A stretch of DNA of 64,000 bases from a virus: IMG/VR virus record IMGVR_UViG_3300025009_000052; one strand, written 5' to 3'. Every line of letters starts with the position of its first letter. Positions within the stretch are counted from its first letter, which is position 1. Of the stretch, positions 48,784 to 59,000 are shown in pieces. The notes under the pieces are model-generated. The model was not told where the DNA came from and searched no databases. It saw only the letters and a program-made list of their open reading frames with translations. Both the position numbers and the translations under genes were made by a program.

Positions 48784-48813
48784 ACCAGATATATATAAAA
48801 TTAAGGAGATAAA

Positions 48814-49221
48814 ATGAGATTATCGGCTAAAATATTGGAAAATGTATCTAGTATAAATCATTGGAATTATGCTAATGAAGCTTATGTTTATGAGGGCCAA
48901 GCCAATACTATTTACTTACAACTAGTTGATTTATCTAAGCCAATTCAAGCTAGTTCGGAATTTCCAATGAGATATTCACCAACGTCGGCTACTTTTTCTT
49001 TATCGGCTAAGTTTTCATCTGTAGATTCAGCCAAAGAATTTACCATAGTAGCAACTAAACCTTTTGCTGATGATAAATCAATATTTAAAATTGATATTCC
49101 GTCAACTCAATTTCCTAGAACTGGTAATTTAATTCTTATTTTAACCGAAAACGGAACATCTAAAACATTTTTGGTAAAATCTGCTATAGTAGCGGAATTA
49201 TTGAATGTTGGAGGGTGTTAA
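48814..49221 (+). CDS. putative virion protein
   Basis: Beta-rich; first gene of a late operon. Confidence 0.55.
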   Translation: MRLSAKILENVSSINHWNYANEAYVYEGQANTIYLQLVDLSKPIQASSEFPMRYSPTSATFSLSAKFSSVDSAKEFTIVATKPFADDKSIFKIDIPSTQFPRTGNLILILTENGTSKTFLVKSAIVAELLNVGGC

Positions 49222-49222
49222 G

Positions 49223-50041
49223 ATGGCTGACTATACTATTTCTAAGGAAATTACAAATAATGTTTATCCCGTTATCAGTTCGGCTACGTCTGATTTATTG
49301 GGTAGGTGTGAGCCCTTAATAACACCGGATAAATTAAAATTGCTTTATTTGAAGGGAATTGATCTTTCAGATTACTCTTCGGATGATTTAAAAATACTTA
49401 TCGAATATGCTGTAAATACTTTTGAATCAGAAAGTAAGCTTTTTGTAAATAAAGTACAGATGAAAGAAAGGATTCCATACGACCGAGCACTTTATGCAAA
49501 GTTTCTCTATATGAAAACCCAACATGGGCCCATAATTTCAGTTGAAGATTTATCGGTAGTTTCAAGTAATGGTGAGAATATATTTAGATTACCAGCTTCG
49601 TGGGTAGATATGGGTCAGTCACATAGGCGGCAATTGAATTTACTACCTATTTTAGCCTTATTAGGCGCTAATTCTCTTGTAGATGGAAGTCAAAATAACG
49701 CCGGGTTAGTTTTTTTACAAGCTATAAATGGATTCTCTTGGCTTCCTGCTTTCTGGACAGTTACCTACACGGTTGGATTAAGTCACATAGAAGGCCAGGT
49801 TCCTAAAATAGTTAATGAAATTATAGGTATGATAGCGGCTATCGATATTTTAAGCGCAAAACAAGCCCAAATAAAATACAACAGTACGAGTATTAGCCAA
49901 GATTCTCTTGCACAATCTTCAAGTGGGCCCGGTAACCAAACCTACCAACCCAGAATTCAAATGTTAGAAGAAAAGAAAGCTAAAATGATGGGTCAAGTTA
50001 AGGCTAAGTTTTTTCAAAAATATTACCTTTCAAACGTATAA
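49223..50041 (+). CDS. putative head-tail adaptor/neck protein
   Basis: PIISVE.L, VTYTVG, VP, S.S.SQD.L.QS pattern; likely start MADYT. Confidence 0.6.
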   Translation: MADYTISKEITNNVYPVISSATSDLLGRCEPLITPDKLKLLYLKGIDLSDYSSDDLKILIEYAVNTFESESKLFVNKVQMKERIPYDRALYAKFLYMKTQHGPIISVEDLSVVSSNGENIFRLPASWVDMGQSHRRQLNLLPILALLGANSLVDGSQNNAGLVFLQAINGFSWLPAFWTVTYTVGLSHIEGQVPKIVNEIIGMIAAIDILSAKQAQIKYNSTSISQDSLAQSSSGPGNQTYQPRIQMLEEKKAKMMGQVKAKFFQKYYLSNV

Positions 50042-50101
50042 AGTAATTTTATTTATAGTATAAATATGTGGACTTATTCGTAAAGTATGGTATAATAAGG
50101 T

Positions 50102-51970
50102 ATGGGTAGGGGAATCAAAATACTAATAGATAAAGACCGACTAATAGATTTATATCTAAACCAAAACAAGACTATACCCGAAACAGCTAAGGAATTGAAT
50201 TGTGGCCACACTAGTATTATAAGATATCTCAAGAAATACAATATTACTAAACCCTTAGAGTTAAAACACCAAAATGTTTCGAGATCAAATCGAAGAATAG
50301 ATCATCAAAAGTTAATTGACGACTATTTGGTTAATAAAATGCTTACTCCTGAAATAGCTAAAAAATATAACACCAATGTATCGTCTGTTGCAAGGATATT
50401 GTCCGATCACAATGTTGATGTGGACGATCGATATAGGCAATACCGAAAAAAAGTAGCCGACGACAATATTCCCTATAAAGATATTATTGAATTGTATATT
50501 AATCAAAATAAGACAGCTTTAGAGGTGGCAAATATTCTTAAAATAAGTGAATTTAAAATTAGAAAGTGTATGGATAAAATAGGCACAAAGAAAACGAAAG
50601 AAATGTGGACTAAGTTAAATACTAATAAAGACACGCAATGGGATTTACTAAAAAATCCAGAATGGTTTTACCAAAAATATATTTCAGAAAACAAGACTAT
50701 AATTGAGGTTGCTAAGGAGGCTGGGTCAACCATTAGAATGGCTAGGCTTTATCGGATTAAGTATGGTTTTAAAAAGAGTACCGAGCAGAAGGGTAGTTTT
50801 TTACAAAAAAATAACAGTAATGTTAAAGATAAAGAATGGCTATATCAAAAGTATATTGTAGAGAATACTAGAATTATCGAAATAGCCGAACAGGAAAATA
50901 TTAGTATGTGGTTGGTTGAATATTATATTCATAAGTTTAACCTACACAAAAGCCATGCGCTCAAAAGAAAGCTTAGGATAGAAACTAATATAAGCAGGGG
51001 GAACCAGACTTGTATTTTTGGGCAAACGATCGATGAATTGGCGGAACAATACAAATTATCACATTCTTTTACTTGGTCTTTGTTTAAGAGGAATTCCTTC
51101 TCCACCTATGAAGAATTACACTCTTTTTTGGCTAAAATCAGTATAGATAGATTTACTAGTTTAGAACTGTATACCAATAAGCTTTTGGGGCTAGAGAATT
51201 ATAATCAAAAAGCACACCTCACATTAAACTATAAGCCGGATTTCAAAATAAGTGACATTTTATATTTAAACGTTGATGGTTTGTATTGGCACTGTGAAAA
51301 AGAGGTGGACGATAGTTACTATCATTTTACCATGAGACAAAAATATGAGGAGTTAGGTCTGCAAATTCTCCAATTCCGTGAAAACGATATTTATAAAAAT
51401 CCTGAAATAGTCAAGTCTATTGTGAATAATAAGACAAATACTAATATTGCAACTATCTACGGTCGTAAAACTGAAATTAAAGAAGTAAAAACTGAGGACG
51501 CTAAAGAATTCCTAACTAGGTGCCATTTAAAGGGCTATTTTTCGGGAAAACACATAGGTCTGTATTATAATGGCAATCTTAAGAGTGTGCTAAGTTATAA
51601 GATTTACGATAAAAACACCCTTAAAGTTGAAAGATTCTGTACAGATTTGAATACTAGAATTATTGGTGGGTTCTCTAAGTTATTAAAATATTTAGAAAGA
51701 AATGAGAGTTTTAAAGAAGTTTATTATTGGGTTGATTTAAAGTATGGAACTGGTAAATTTTTAGAGCAATTGGGATTCCAACACTCTCACGATACTTTAG
51801 GTTGGGAATGGACGGATAAGTTTGATACCTTTAATCGTAGAAGGTGTCGGGCTAATATGGATGAGAGGAAGCTTAAAGAACGTGAATATGCCAATGAATT
51901 AAAATGGTATAAGATTTACGATGCTGGTCAGAGGTTATTTGTGAGGAAATATGTACAAACTACTACTTAA
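50102..51970 (+). CDS. free-standing endonuclease with tandem HTH repeats; same C-terminal family as 38054
   Basis: Repeated L...Y.....T..EIA; KPDF..VDGLYWH; IYGRKT...KIYDAG. Confidence 0.75.
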   Translation: MGRGIKILIDKDRLIDLYLNQNKTIPETAKELNCGHTSIIRYLKKYNITKPLELKHQNVSRSNRRIDHQKLIDDYLVNKMLTPEIAKKYNTNVSSVARILSDHNVDVDDRYRQYRKKVADDNIPYKDIIELYINQNKTALEVANILKISEFKIRKCMDKIGTKKTKEMWTKLNTNKDTQWDLLKNPEWFYQKYISENKTIIEVAKEAGSTIRMARLYRIKYGFKKSTEQKGSFLQKNNSNVKDKEWLYQKYIVENTRIIEIAEQENISMWLVEYYIHKFNLHKSHALKRKLRIETNISRGNQTCIFGQTIDELAEQYKLSHSFTWSLFKRNSFSTYEELHSFLAKISIDRFTSLELYTNKLLGLENYNQKAHLTLNYKPDFKISDILYLNVDGLYWHCEKEVDDSYYHFTMRQKYEELGLQILQFRENDIYKNPEIVKSIVNNKTNTNIATIYGRKTEIKEVKTEDAKEFLTRCHLKGYFSGKHIGLYYNGNLKSVLSYKIYDKNTLKVERFCTDLNTRIIGGFSKLLKYLERNESFKEVYYWVDLKYGTGKFLEQLGFQHSHDTLGWEWTDKFDTFNRRRCRANMDERKLKEREYANELKWYKIYDAGQRLFVRKYVQTTT

Positions 51971-53162
51971 AACAATCGAAAAGCAAAAAGAAGATAAACT
52001 CAATTTTATCAACAATTTACATAAAAGTATTGGTGAAAAACCCAATGCTATTTTAAATCGACAACCTCACTTTATATTTTCCACTGAAAATCCCAGATAC
52101 CCTACTAAAACCAAAATGACTCATGAGGATGTCTTAGATCTTTTGAGAGACAAGGGTTATGATGCTCACGAAATGTATGGGGTGGATGAGATTGAGGGAA
52201 AATATGGAGATAAAGAAAAAAGTATTTTAATTCACAATCCACATATTAGATCAATACCTCATTTACACCAATTAGTTCAAGCACTTGGACAAGAATCAAG
52301 CCTATATTCTTCAGGACTAAACAGCGAACTTCACTTCCATTCAGGCCCAAATGCCGGTCAACATATGAAAGGAACTGGAACAGATATTCCTAAAGTTAAG
52401 CCAAATGATAATTATTCCGAAACAAAAGACGGTATGGTTTTCCAACACAACATGGATCACGAAAATCTATATCCGATGTCCGAATCTATGTTAAAAATGA
52501 AACCTACTAAGATTAACAAATCAGAGTTTTATGCTAAAAATGGATTTTATTTATGTAAAAATCAGGATAAGCATCCTTTAGAAGACCATAATCCAGATAC
52601 TAAATTGATCCACTACTCCCCCCAACAAGGATTAACCGAATTGGATCCAGAACATCACGGGGTCAGGGGAATAGGTTCCGAAGCTAAACAAGGTAAACCG
52701 GAACATCCAATGTCTTTCTTTTATTTAGAAAATACTGAGCCAGAACATATTGTAACATCTGGATCTAAAAGTAAATACATTACTTCTTTAGGTAGTAAAA
52801 AACTTTATGATATTGGCAAAGATAGTCATAATTTGTGGAGTCAAGCTGAAGAAATTGCTCAGAAAAGACAGACCAATCCTGGTGTAGTTAGAAAAGAAGA
52901 TTTCCACAATGCTATTAGAAATGCTGGTTACCATGGAATCTATAATTCTAGCTTAGGCGATACCATGAAAAATGTGGTCGGGATGTTTGAAAAAATGCCA
53001 ATTGAAAAAGAAGTTCCAATGCATCCGATGGATTTTAAAAGAACTACTAGTTTTGATCACAACAGTAATAAACAGATTCACAGTAGTGCAGAACAATACG
53101 CTAATGAATTTGGACACCACGATCCTAAGTTTTTGGCAAAATTGAAAATGTCCTTGAGGTAG
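51951..53162 (+). CDS. two-domain polyvalent-type protein (DUF3293/SAM-lyase-like + ART-like)
   Basis: STENP...GKYG.KEKS...LGQES; LIHYS...FFY...NAGYHGI. Confidence 0.45.
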   Translation: MYKLLLKTIEKQKEDKLNFINNLHKSIGEKPNAILNRQPHFIFSTENPRYPTKTKMTHEDVLDLLRDKGYDAHEMYGVDEIEGKYGDKEKSILIHNPHIRSIPHLHQLVQALGQESSLYSSGLNSELHFHSGPNAGQHMKGTGTDIPKVKPNDNYSETKDGMVFQHNMDHENLYPMSESMLKMKPTKINKSEFYAKNGFYLCKNQDKHPLEDHNPDTKLIHYSPQQGLTELDPEHHGVRGIGSEAKQGKPEHPMSFFYLENTEPEHIVTSGSKSKYITSLGSKKLYDIGKDSHNLWSQAEEIAQKRQTNPGVVRKEDFHNAIRNAGYHGIYNSSLGDTMKNVVGMFEKMPIEKEVPMHPMDFKRTTSFDHNSNKQIHSSAEQYANEFGHHDPKFLAKLKMSLR

Positions 53163-53164
53163 TT

Positions 53165-55972
53165 ATGGCAGTTAGAAAAATAAAACACCCTATATTGAAT
53201 CCCGATAAATCTATTAACCATACAAAAGTTAGGAAACATATTAAATCCGACCTGTTTACTCCCGAGGAATATGTCAATATGCTTTCTGGGCATTATCATG
53301 ACGACCTTACTGCCGATGCGGTTCCAGAGCCATATTTAAAAAACAAACACAATACACCAGAAAACAACGCAAAGGTTTTAAACAAGTATCTAAAAAGATT
53401 AAAAAATAGCGGTAAAAAGTCTGAATATGGGAACCCTAATTCAGAAAATATCAATAAACTAATTAGGCGATATAAGCTACCTAGTTCCACTATACATAAG
53501 TTTATTGAGAATCCAAAGTCTTTTGGAAGTAATCCTAAAGATAAGTACTGGACACCTCAAGTATCGGAGATAAATCCAGATAGCTTGGAAAAAGAGCACC
53601 TATATAAAATCGCAGCTAAACATCCTGATAAGTTAAGTGATTATATTGACCATCAACATTTTGACGATAATTTAATTAAAAACCATTTACTCCACAATAA
53701 CAAATCTCTAGGTGGTTTAGATAGTGGTGTTATTTCAAAACTGGCCGCTAATCCAAATTTACACGGTGGAGATGCTTTAAAAATCTTAGAAAGTTCGCCT
53801 ACCCATCAGATTAGTAGTGAGACGGCAGGGAGGTTATTAGATAAAATACCTGAAAACGAACGTCACGAATTTATCGATAAAACCTTAGGTATAACTGGTG
53901 GACACCACAATGACGAATTTGATGAAGAAAGCCTGAGAGAGGGTGGGGTAAGTGAAGAAGATATTCAGAAGGCTAAGGATAATTGGAATGAGGATGATAA
54001 TTGGGACGCATGGAGAGATGGAATTAATCATAGCCCACAATTAAGTGCTAAATTTGCTGGTTACGATAAATTAAAAGACCATCAAATAGACCATATTATG
54101 AGACATGGAGATACTGACTCTAAGATCAAACTGTACCACAATGAAAAAATAGATCCTAAATATGGCTCTAAAATGTTGGAAAAATGGTATAACGACGATA
54201 GTCATCATGGTTATGACTCAGAACATTTGAAGGATTTTTTAAAAGAAGAAAATAGAGATTTTGTTTGGGAAGATTCTTTTGAAGAGGGTACTGAAAAAGC
54301 TAGGAATGATTATTCGATAGGTGAATATCTTAGTGATAATAGAAACGATGGTATGAGTGATGAGGATATTGCGGAATATGAAGAAAATGGGAATCTCCCA
54401 GATCATGTCTATGAGGGCTATGATCAAGTTATAGACGAAAGAGCTCAGGATTATATAGACGGCATTATGGACGATCATTTTGATAATTCTTTAGAAAACG
54501 AAGATTATATTCCCAATCATATTAAAGAACACTCACCGATTGTAAAGCAGCTTAGAGAAAAAAGAAGAGCTAGGGAAGATAATAAAGCCCTAGAACAGGC
54601 CCAAGAAGAAGAGGATAACAATAAAGACTTTTTGGACCAGTCTGTACCAAAAAGAACTCACGAACATGAATACGGCGAAAATCTACACCAACATGAAATG
54701 CTTAAGGATTATGCAGATCAAAACGGTGGTTCTATTGATGTAGGTAAAATGCACAAAATGTTTCCTAATTTAAAAGATACTTGGAAGCAAATATTTGGAA
54801 ACCAAGGGAAGCTTTCTTCTAAGGAAATTCAAGAAAAGATAGACCAAATTCCTAAAACCAAATACAACGTATCCTATCGGAATTGGGATGGAATGCAGAG
54901 AACCAATGGTAATGAGCAGGTGGTTTTTAGATTAGACCATAGTCCAGAATCTTTATCTAAGCTAAAGGAAGATCCTGAATTGTACGATACTTTTAAGAAA
55001 GTACAAGAGGTTTCTCAAAGAAGCGGTCACCCAACTAACTTAAATACTATTGGATGGGCTCGGGTTGACACAAGTAATCCAAAACACTGGCTTACAGATG
55101 AATTACAAAGCGACTTCGGGTCCACTGCTAGGGATTATTTAAAAAGAGAAGGAGCCCATGATAAGGCTGGACACATGGATAAGATAATTCAACACCATAA
55201 AGATTGGCGTGAAAATTTATTAAATTTAGTTATCAAAGAAGCTAAAAAACACGGTGTTGAGAAGGTATCTACCCATTCTCCTGAAAGTAAAGCCGCCCAT
55301 ACTGGAGCCGATAAAGCCCATTCTGTCTACAATGATAGTTACAAGAAAGTACCTCGTAAGATGGGTTTTTTACCATCTAAAGCTGATAGCTTACCATTAG
55401 ATGACGAAGGTAGGGAAGTTTTCATGAGTAAGAAGGGAAATGCAGATGATTTTGAAAATCACCAAAATGCTTTTAATTTTCACAATAATATGTACCACGC
55501 TCACCATAGTAATAATCTAGATCAAGGTGCTTTTGACGATCCTCATATGGGTACTAGATTTAGTTTAGCAAATAGCCATAAAACATTAGCTACTCAGCAT
55601 TTAGATAGGATGCGACAAATTGATCCTACTATTAAATACAATAGTTTAAAAAATCAATTAAAACCCGAAGCTATTAGTTTTAACTCAAAGCCATATGCTG
55701 GTGAATATAAAAACAGGGCTGACGAAAATCTATCTGCTAATAAGGTAGAGAGCCATAGTCATGACCTCCTATTAGAAAACAAACCTATTGTAGCCGAATC
55801 TCACCCAGCCCATACCCTTGACCTAAGACCTAAAATAATGCAAAAAACTATGCAAATAGCTGATTTATTGTTAAAAACGGAATTAGCTTACTTCTTAGGC
55901 AAACAAAAGAATTTAGAAGTTAACCATTTGCTTAAGAATGTGGTAGAATTAAGGAAGAGCTTAGGTTATTAG
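53165..55972 (+). CDS. large polyvalent-type protein (helical repeats, acidic region, DELQSD domain)
   Basis: H...N.IGWARVD...DELQSD...W...L....KEA...G motif recalled from large polyvalent proteins. Confidence 0.55.
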   Translation: MAVRKIKHPILNPDKSINHTKVRKHIKSDLFTPEEYVNMLSGHYHDDLTADAVPEPYLKNKHNTPENNAKVLNKYLKRLKNSGKKSEYGNPNSENINKLIRRYKLPSSTIHKFIENPKSFGSNPKDKYWTPQVSEINPDSLEKEHLYKIAAKHPDKLSDYIDHQHFDDNLIKNHLLHNNKSLGGLDSGVISKLAANPNLHGGDALKILESSPTHQISSETAGRLLDKIPENERHEFIDKTLGITGGHHNDEFDEESLREGGVSEEDIQKAKDNWNEDDNWDAWRDGINHSPQLSAKFAGYDKLKDHQIDHIMRHGDTDSKIKLYHNEKIDPKYGSKMLEKWYNDDSHHGYDSEHLKDFLKEENRDFVWEDSFEEGTEKARNDYSIGEYLSDNRNDGMSDEDIAEYEENGNLPDHVYEGYDQVIDERAQDYIDGIMDDHFDNSLENEDYIPNHIKEHSPIVKQLREKRRAREDNKALEQAQEEEDNNKDFLDQSVPKRTHEHEYGENLHQHEMLKDYADQNGGSIDVGKMHKMFPNLKDTWKQIFGNQGKLSSKEIQEKIDQIPKTKYNVSYRNWDGMQRTNGNEQVVFRLDHSPESLSKLKEDPELYDTFKKVQEVSQRSGHPTNLNTIGWARVDTSNPKHWLTDELQSDFGSTARDYLKREGAHDKAGHMDKIIQHHKDWRENLLNLVIKEAKKHGVEKVSTHSPESKAAHTGADKAHSVYNDSYKKVPRKMGFLPSKADSLPLDDEGREVFMSKKGNADDFENHQNAFNFHNNMYHAHHSNNLDQGAFDDPHMGTRFSLANSHKTLATQHLDRMRQIDPTIKYNSLKNQLKPEAISFNSKPYAGEYKNRADENLSANKVESHSHDLLLENKPIVAESHPAHTLDLRPKIMQKTMQIADLLLKTELAYFLGKQKNLEVNHLLKNVVELRKSLGY

Positions 55973-56019
55973 CTATCTATTAAATCTTAATCTATAATCT
56001 ATTGTGAGGATTTATTAAA

Positions 56020-59000
56020 ATGGATAAGTTACAGGATTTACTAGAAAAAATAGAAGAAGTAATAGAGCAAGATCTTCAGAAACAACATATTTCCGATCTC
56101 TTCAAAGGTGGTAAAAAAGCTAATATCGGCGAAACCAGAACTTGGGATGGAAAAGACTATATCAAAACCCAAGATGGTTGGGACTATGTTGCTCAGGGGC
56201 ATGAGCCAAAAACTAATGAGCAGCCTAAACAACCTCCAGAAGTTCAAAAACCAGTTTCAGATATTAAAACTCCTCATGAAGTAAAATCTCCAGAGCCTCA
56301 AGTATCAAAGCCCCAGGAAGAAACAGAACAAACGAAAGAAGTTGTTGAGTCACCAAGACAAGAAATTTCCGAAACCTCAGAAGAAAAACAAGAAGAATAT
56401 GTAAACGCTCGTAAATCCAAGGTTTCTAACTTGGGTAAAGATATAAAAGGCTCAGCTAGACATAAAAGACAATATAGCTCTATTAAAGATATGGGAACTG
56501 CCGAAATATCCGATATTACCGTTAAAAACCTATTGAAACAATTCCCTATCAATCTAATAGACGATGTAGCTAAGGACAATCCAATTATCCCCTATGTAGC
56601 CAACCAAATTTTAAATAGATTTCCTGCTAGTCCAAAACACGAAGTTCAAAAAGAAATGTATTTGGAAACTTTTGAATATGTTAGAAATAGAGTTCAAGAG
56701 CTGTCTAAACAAAAAGACTTATTATTTACCGACGTTATTTCAGCTATCCAAAAAGAAATTGTTGCTAAGATTAAAGAAAACAGGGCTTCTGAAAACTATG
56801 TAAGAGGTTCCGACGACTTCTTAGTTCCCTATGTAAATAAAACCTTAAATTTTAGAAAAACAAAGGGCTCTGTTGGTCAAGACGTTGAGGATTTAGTAAA
56901 TGCTTTTGCTAGAACACTACCTGAATCCGATCAGGATGGGTTAAGTGTTGGTTATATGCTTAAGGAAACTAGACAAGCTGCTATGGCTGAATTTTATACC
57001 GAAGAGGGCGTAAGAAAAATAAAAGACTTGGTGGAAGGAAAGTCTTTAAGTAAAGTTTTTGAAATAGTCTCAGAAGGTAAAAAATCTAAAAAGTTTTCTG
57101 TAGCCGAGATCTATACTCAAGACGCTAAAAGAACTGGCCCAGATACTAAATTAACTACCGAAGAAGACCAAGCTAATTTTATTATAAAATCCTGTGAAAT
57201 GAAGGGTTTACAGTGGGGAAATAGTGTTACTGACGAAGAAAGAAAACACCATTTGAAAATGTCTTCCGAAGCCTTTAAGGATTTGGCAGATATATTAGAC
57301 TTACCCGAAAAAATGATTTCATTTAATGGTAGGTTAGGGTTAGCAATTGGAGCCAGAGGCCACGGAACTGCTTTAGCTCATTATGAACCAAAAGAAATTG
57401 CTATTAATTTAACTAGGTCGAAAGGTGTCGGATCATTGGCTCATGAATGGGGCCATTTTTTAGACAATATTTTATCCAAAACTCATGGTGTAAATGCTCA
57501 CCCAGAAAATCAATTCTTATCCGAATCTGCTGTTTGGAATATGGGTGATAAATCTCCGGTTCAAGAATCTATGAAAGAATTGGTTAAATCAGATGCTTGG
57601 AAAAGCTTTAAAGACTCTACCCGTGATGCTCTTAATGATTTAGCTAAACACGGAATTAAGGAAAAGCCTAGCTATTGGATGTCACCTAAGGAATTATTCG
57701 CCAGAGCTTTTGAAGGATATATTAGTTATAAATTAAAATCCAAAGACAGAGAAAATACATATTTATCTGGTGGCAGCGAAGGTTTAATGTGGTGTACCAA
57801 GGAACAAAAAGAAAAATTGGCACCATATTTCGATAAATTTTTTGAAGAATTGAAAAAATCAGATCATATTAAGAAGGCTATGGATTTAGAAAACGATTTG
57901 CAGAAAGGAAGTCTTCAAAGTAAAATGGGTAATCCCAAAAAACAATTAAGACCTCAAGAGACTAATACTATGATCAATTGGGTATCAGAGCAGCAACCTA
58001 GGGAAAATATCCCAGAAGCCACCAATAAAGCCAAACAGAGGTTTTTTCATAAGCTACATTCTCAAACAGAAGTAAAAAAACATCCTAAAACTGGGGAGAG
58101 AATGTTTTTAATGCATAGGGGTACTGAGACTGATTCGGACACACACAATACATCACTATCATCTTGGACGCCAAACTACAATATAGCTAATGATTTTGCC
58201 GACAGTATTGACGACGATGGTACGAAAAGTACAGTTCATTCTGCTTGGATACCAGAAAGTGCTATTCATAATTACATACCGAATTCAATTGATAGAGATA
58301 TTAAAGAATACGATGAGTTAATCCCGAGAGAGCAGGAGTACATCGTTAAGCCACATAATTTTTTACATGCTAATTGGCAAAAATTACCTAACAAAGAAGG
58401 ACTTGATCGTAAGATAAACTGGAAACAGCGAATATATGGTAAAGGGGGTAGGCTGGCAGCCGGCGAAAATATAGAAAATGATTTGACTAAATCTAAAATT
58501 AACGCAGATGAAGAAGGTGAAATAATTAAGAAAAATAAAGAAAAAGCTGAGGCCAAAAGAAAACACAAATTTAAAGCTGCTCAGTGGACGCACCCAAATG
58601 GACACCCAAGATGTATTATTTGTGGTGACGAAGAAAGGATTGATGGATATTGTAGTCCATCTTTAGATAAATCCCAAACTAAATGGCATAAAAGAAACGG
58701 TATTTTACAGAAAAGTTGGAGAAAAGCTATTGCAACAGGAGCCGCCCTATCAACAATGTTAGTGGGAGCCCACAATATGGGTCAAAACAAAGAACCTGGC
58801 AGGCAACCTTCTTCTGTTGATCAGTCTCAAATAAACCAAGTAAAAATTGCCCCAGACCATGGTTTAAAATCTGACATGTTACATAATATTAAGAATAATC
58901 CTATTGTTGAAAACAATGTTTTACCTAAAGGTAGGTTTGGACAATATAGCCTGTCTCAAAACGCTATTAAAAGTGTTTTTAATAAAAACCAAACATTAGG

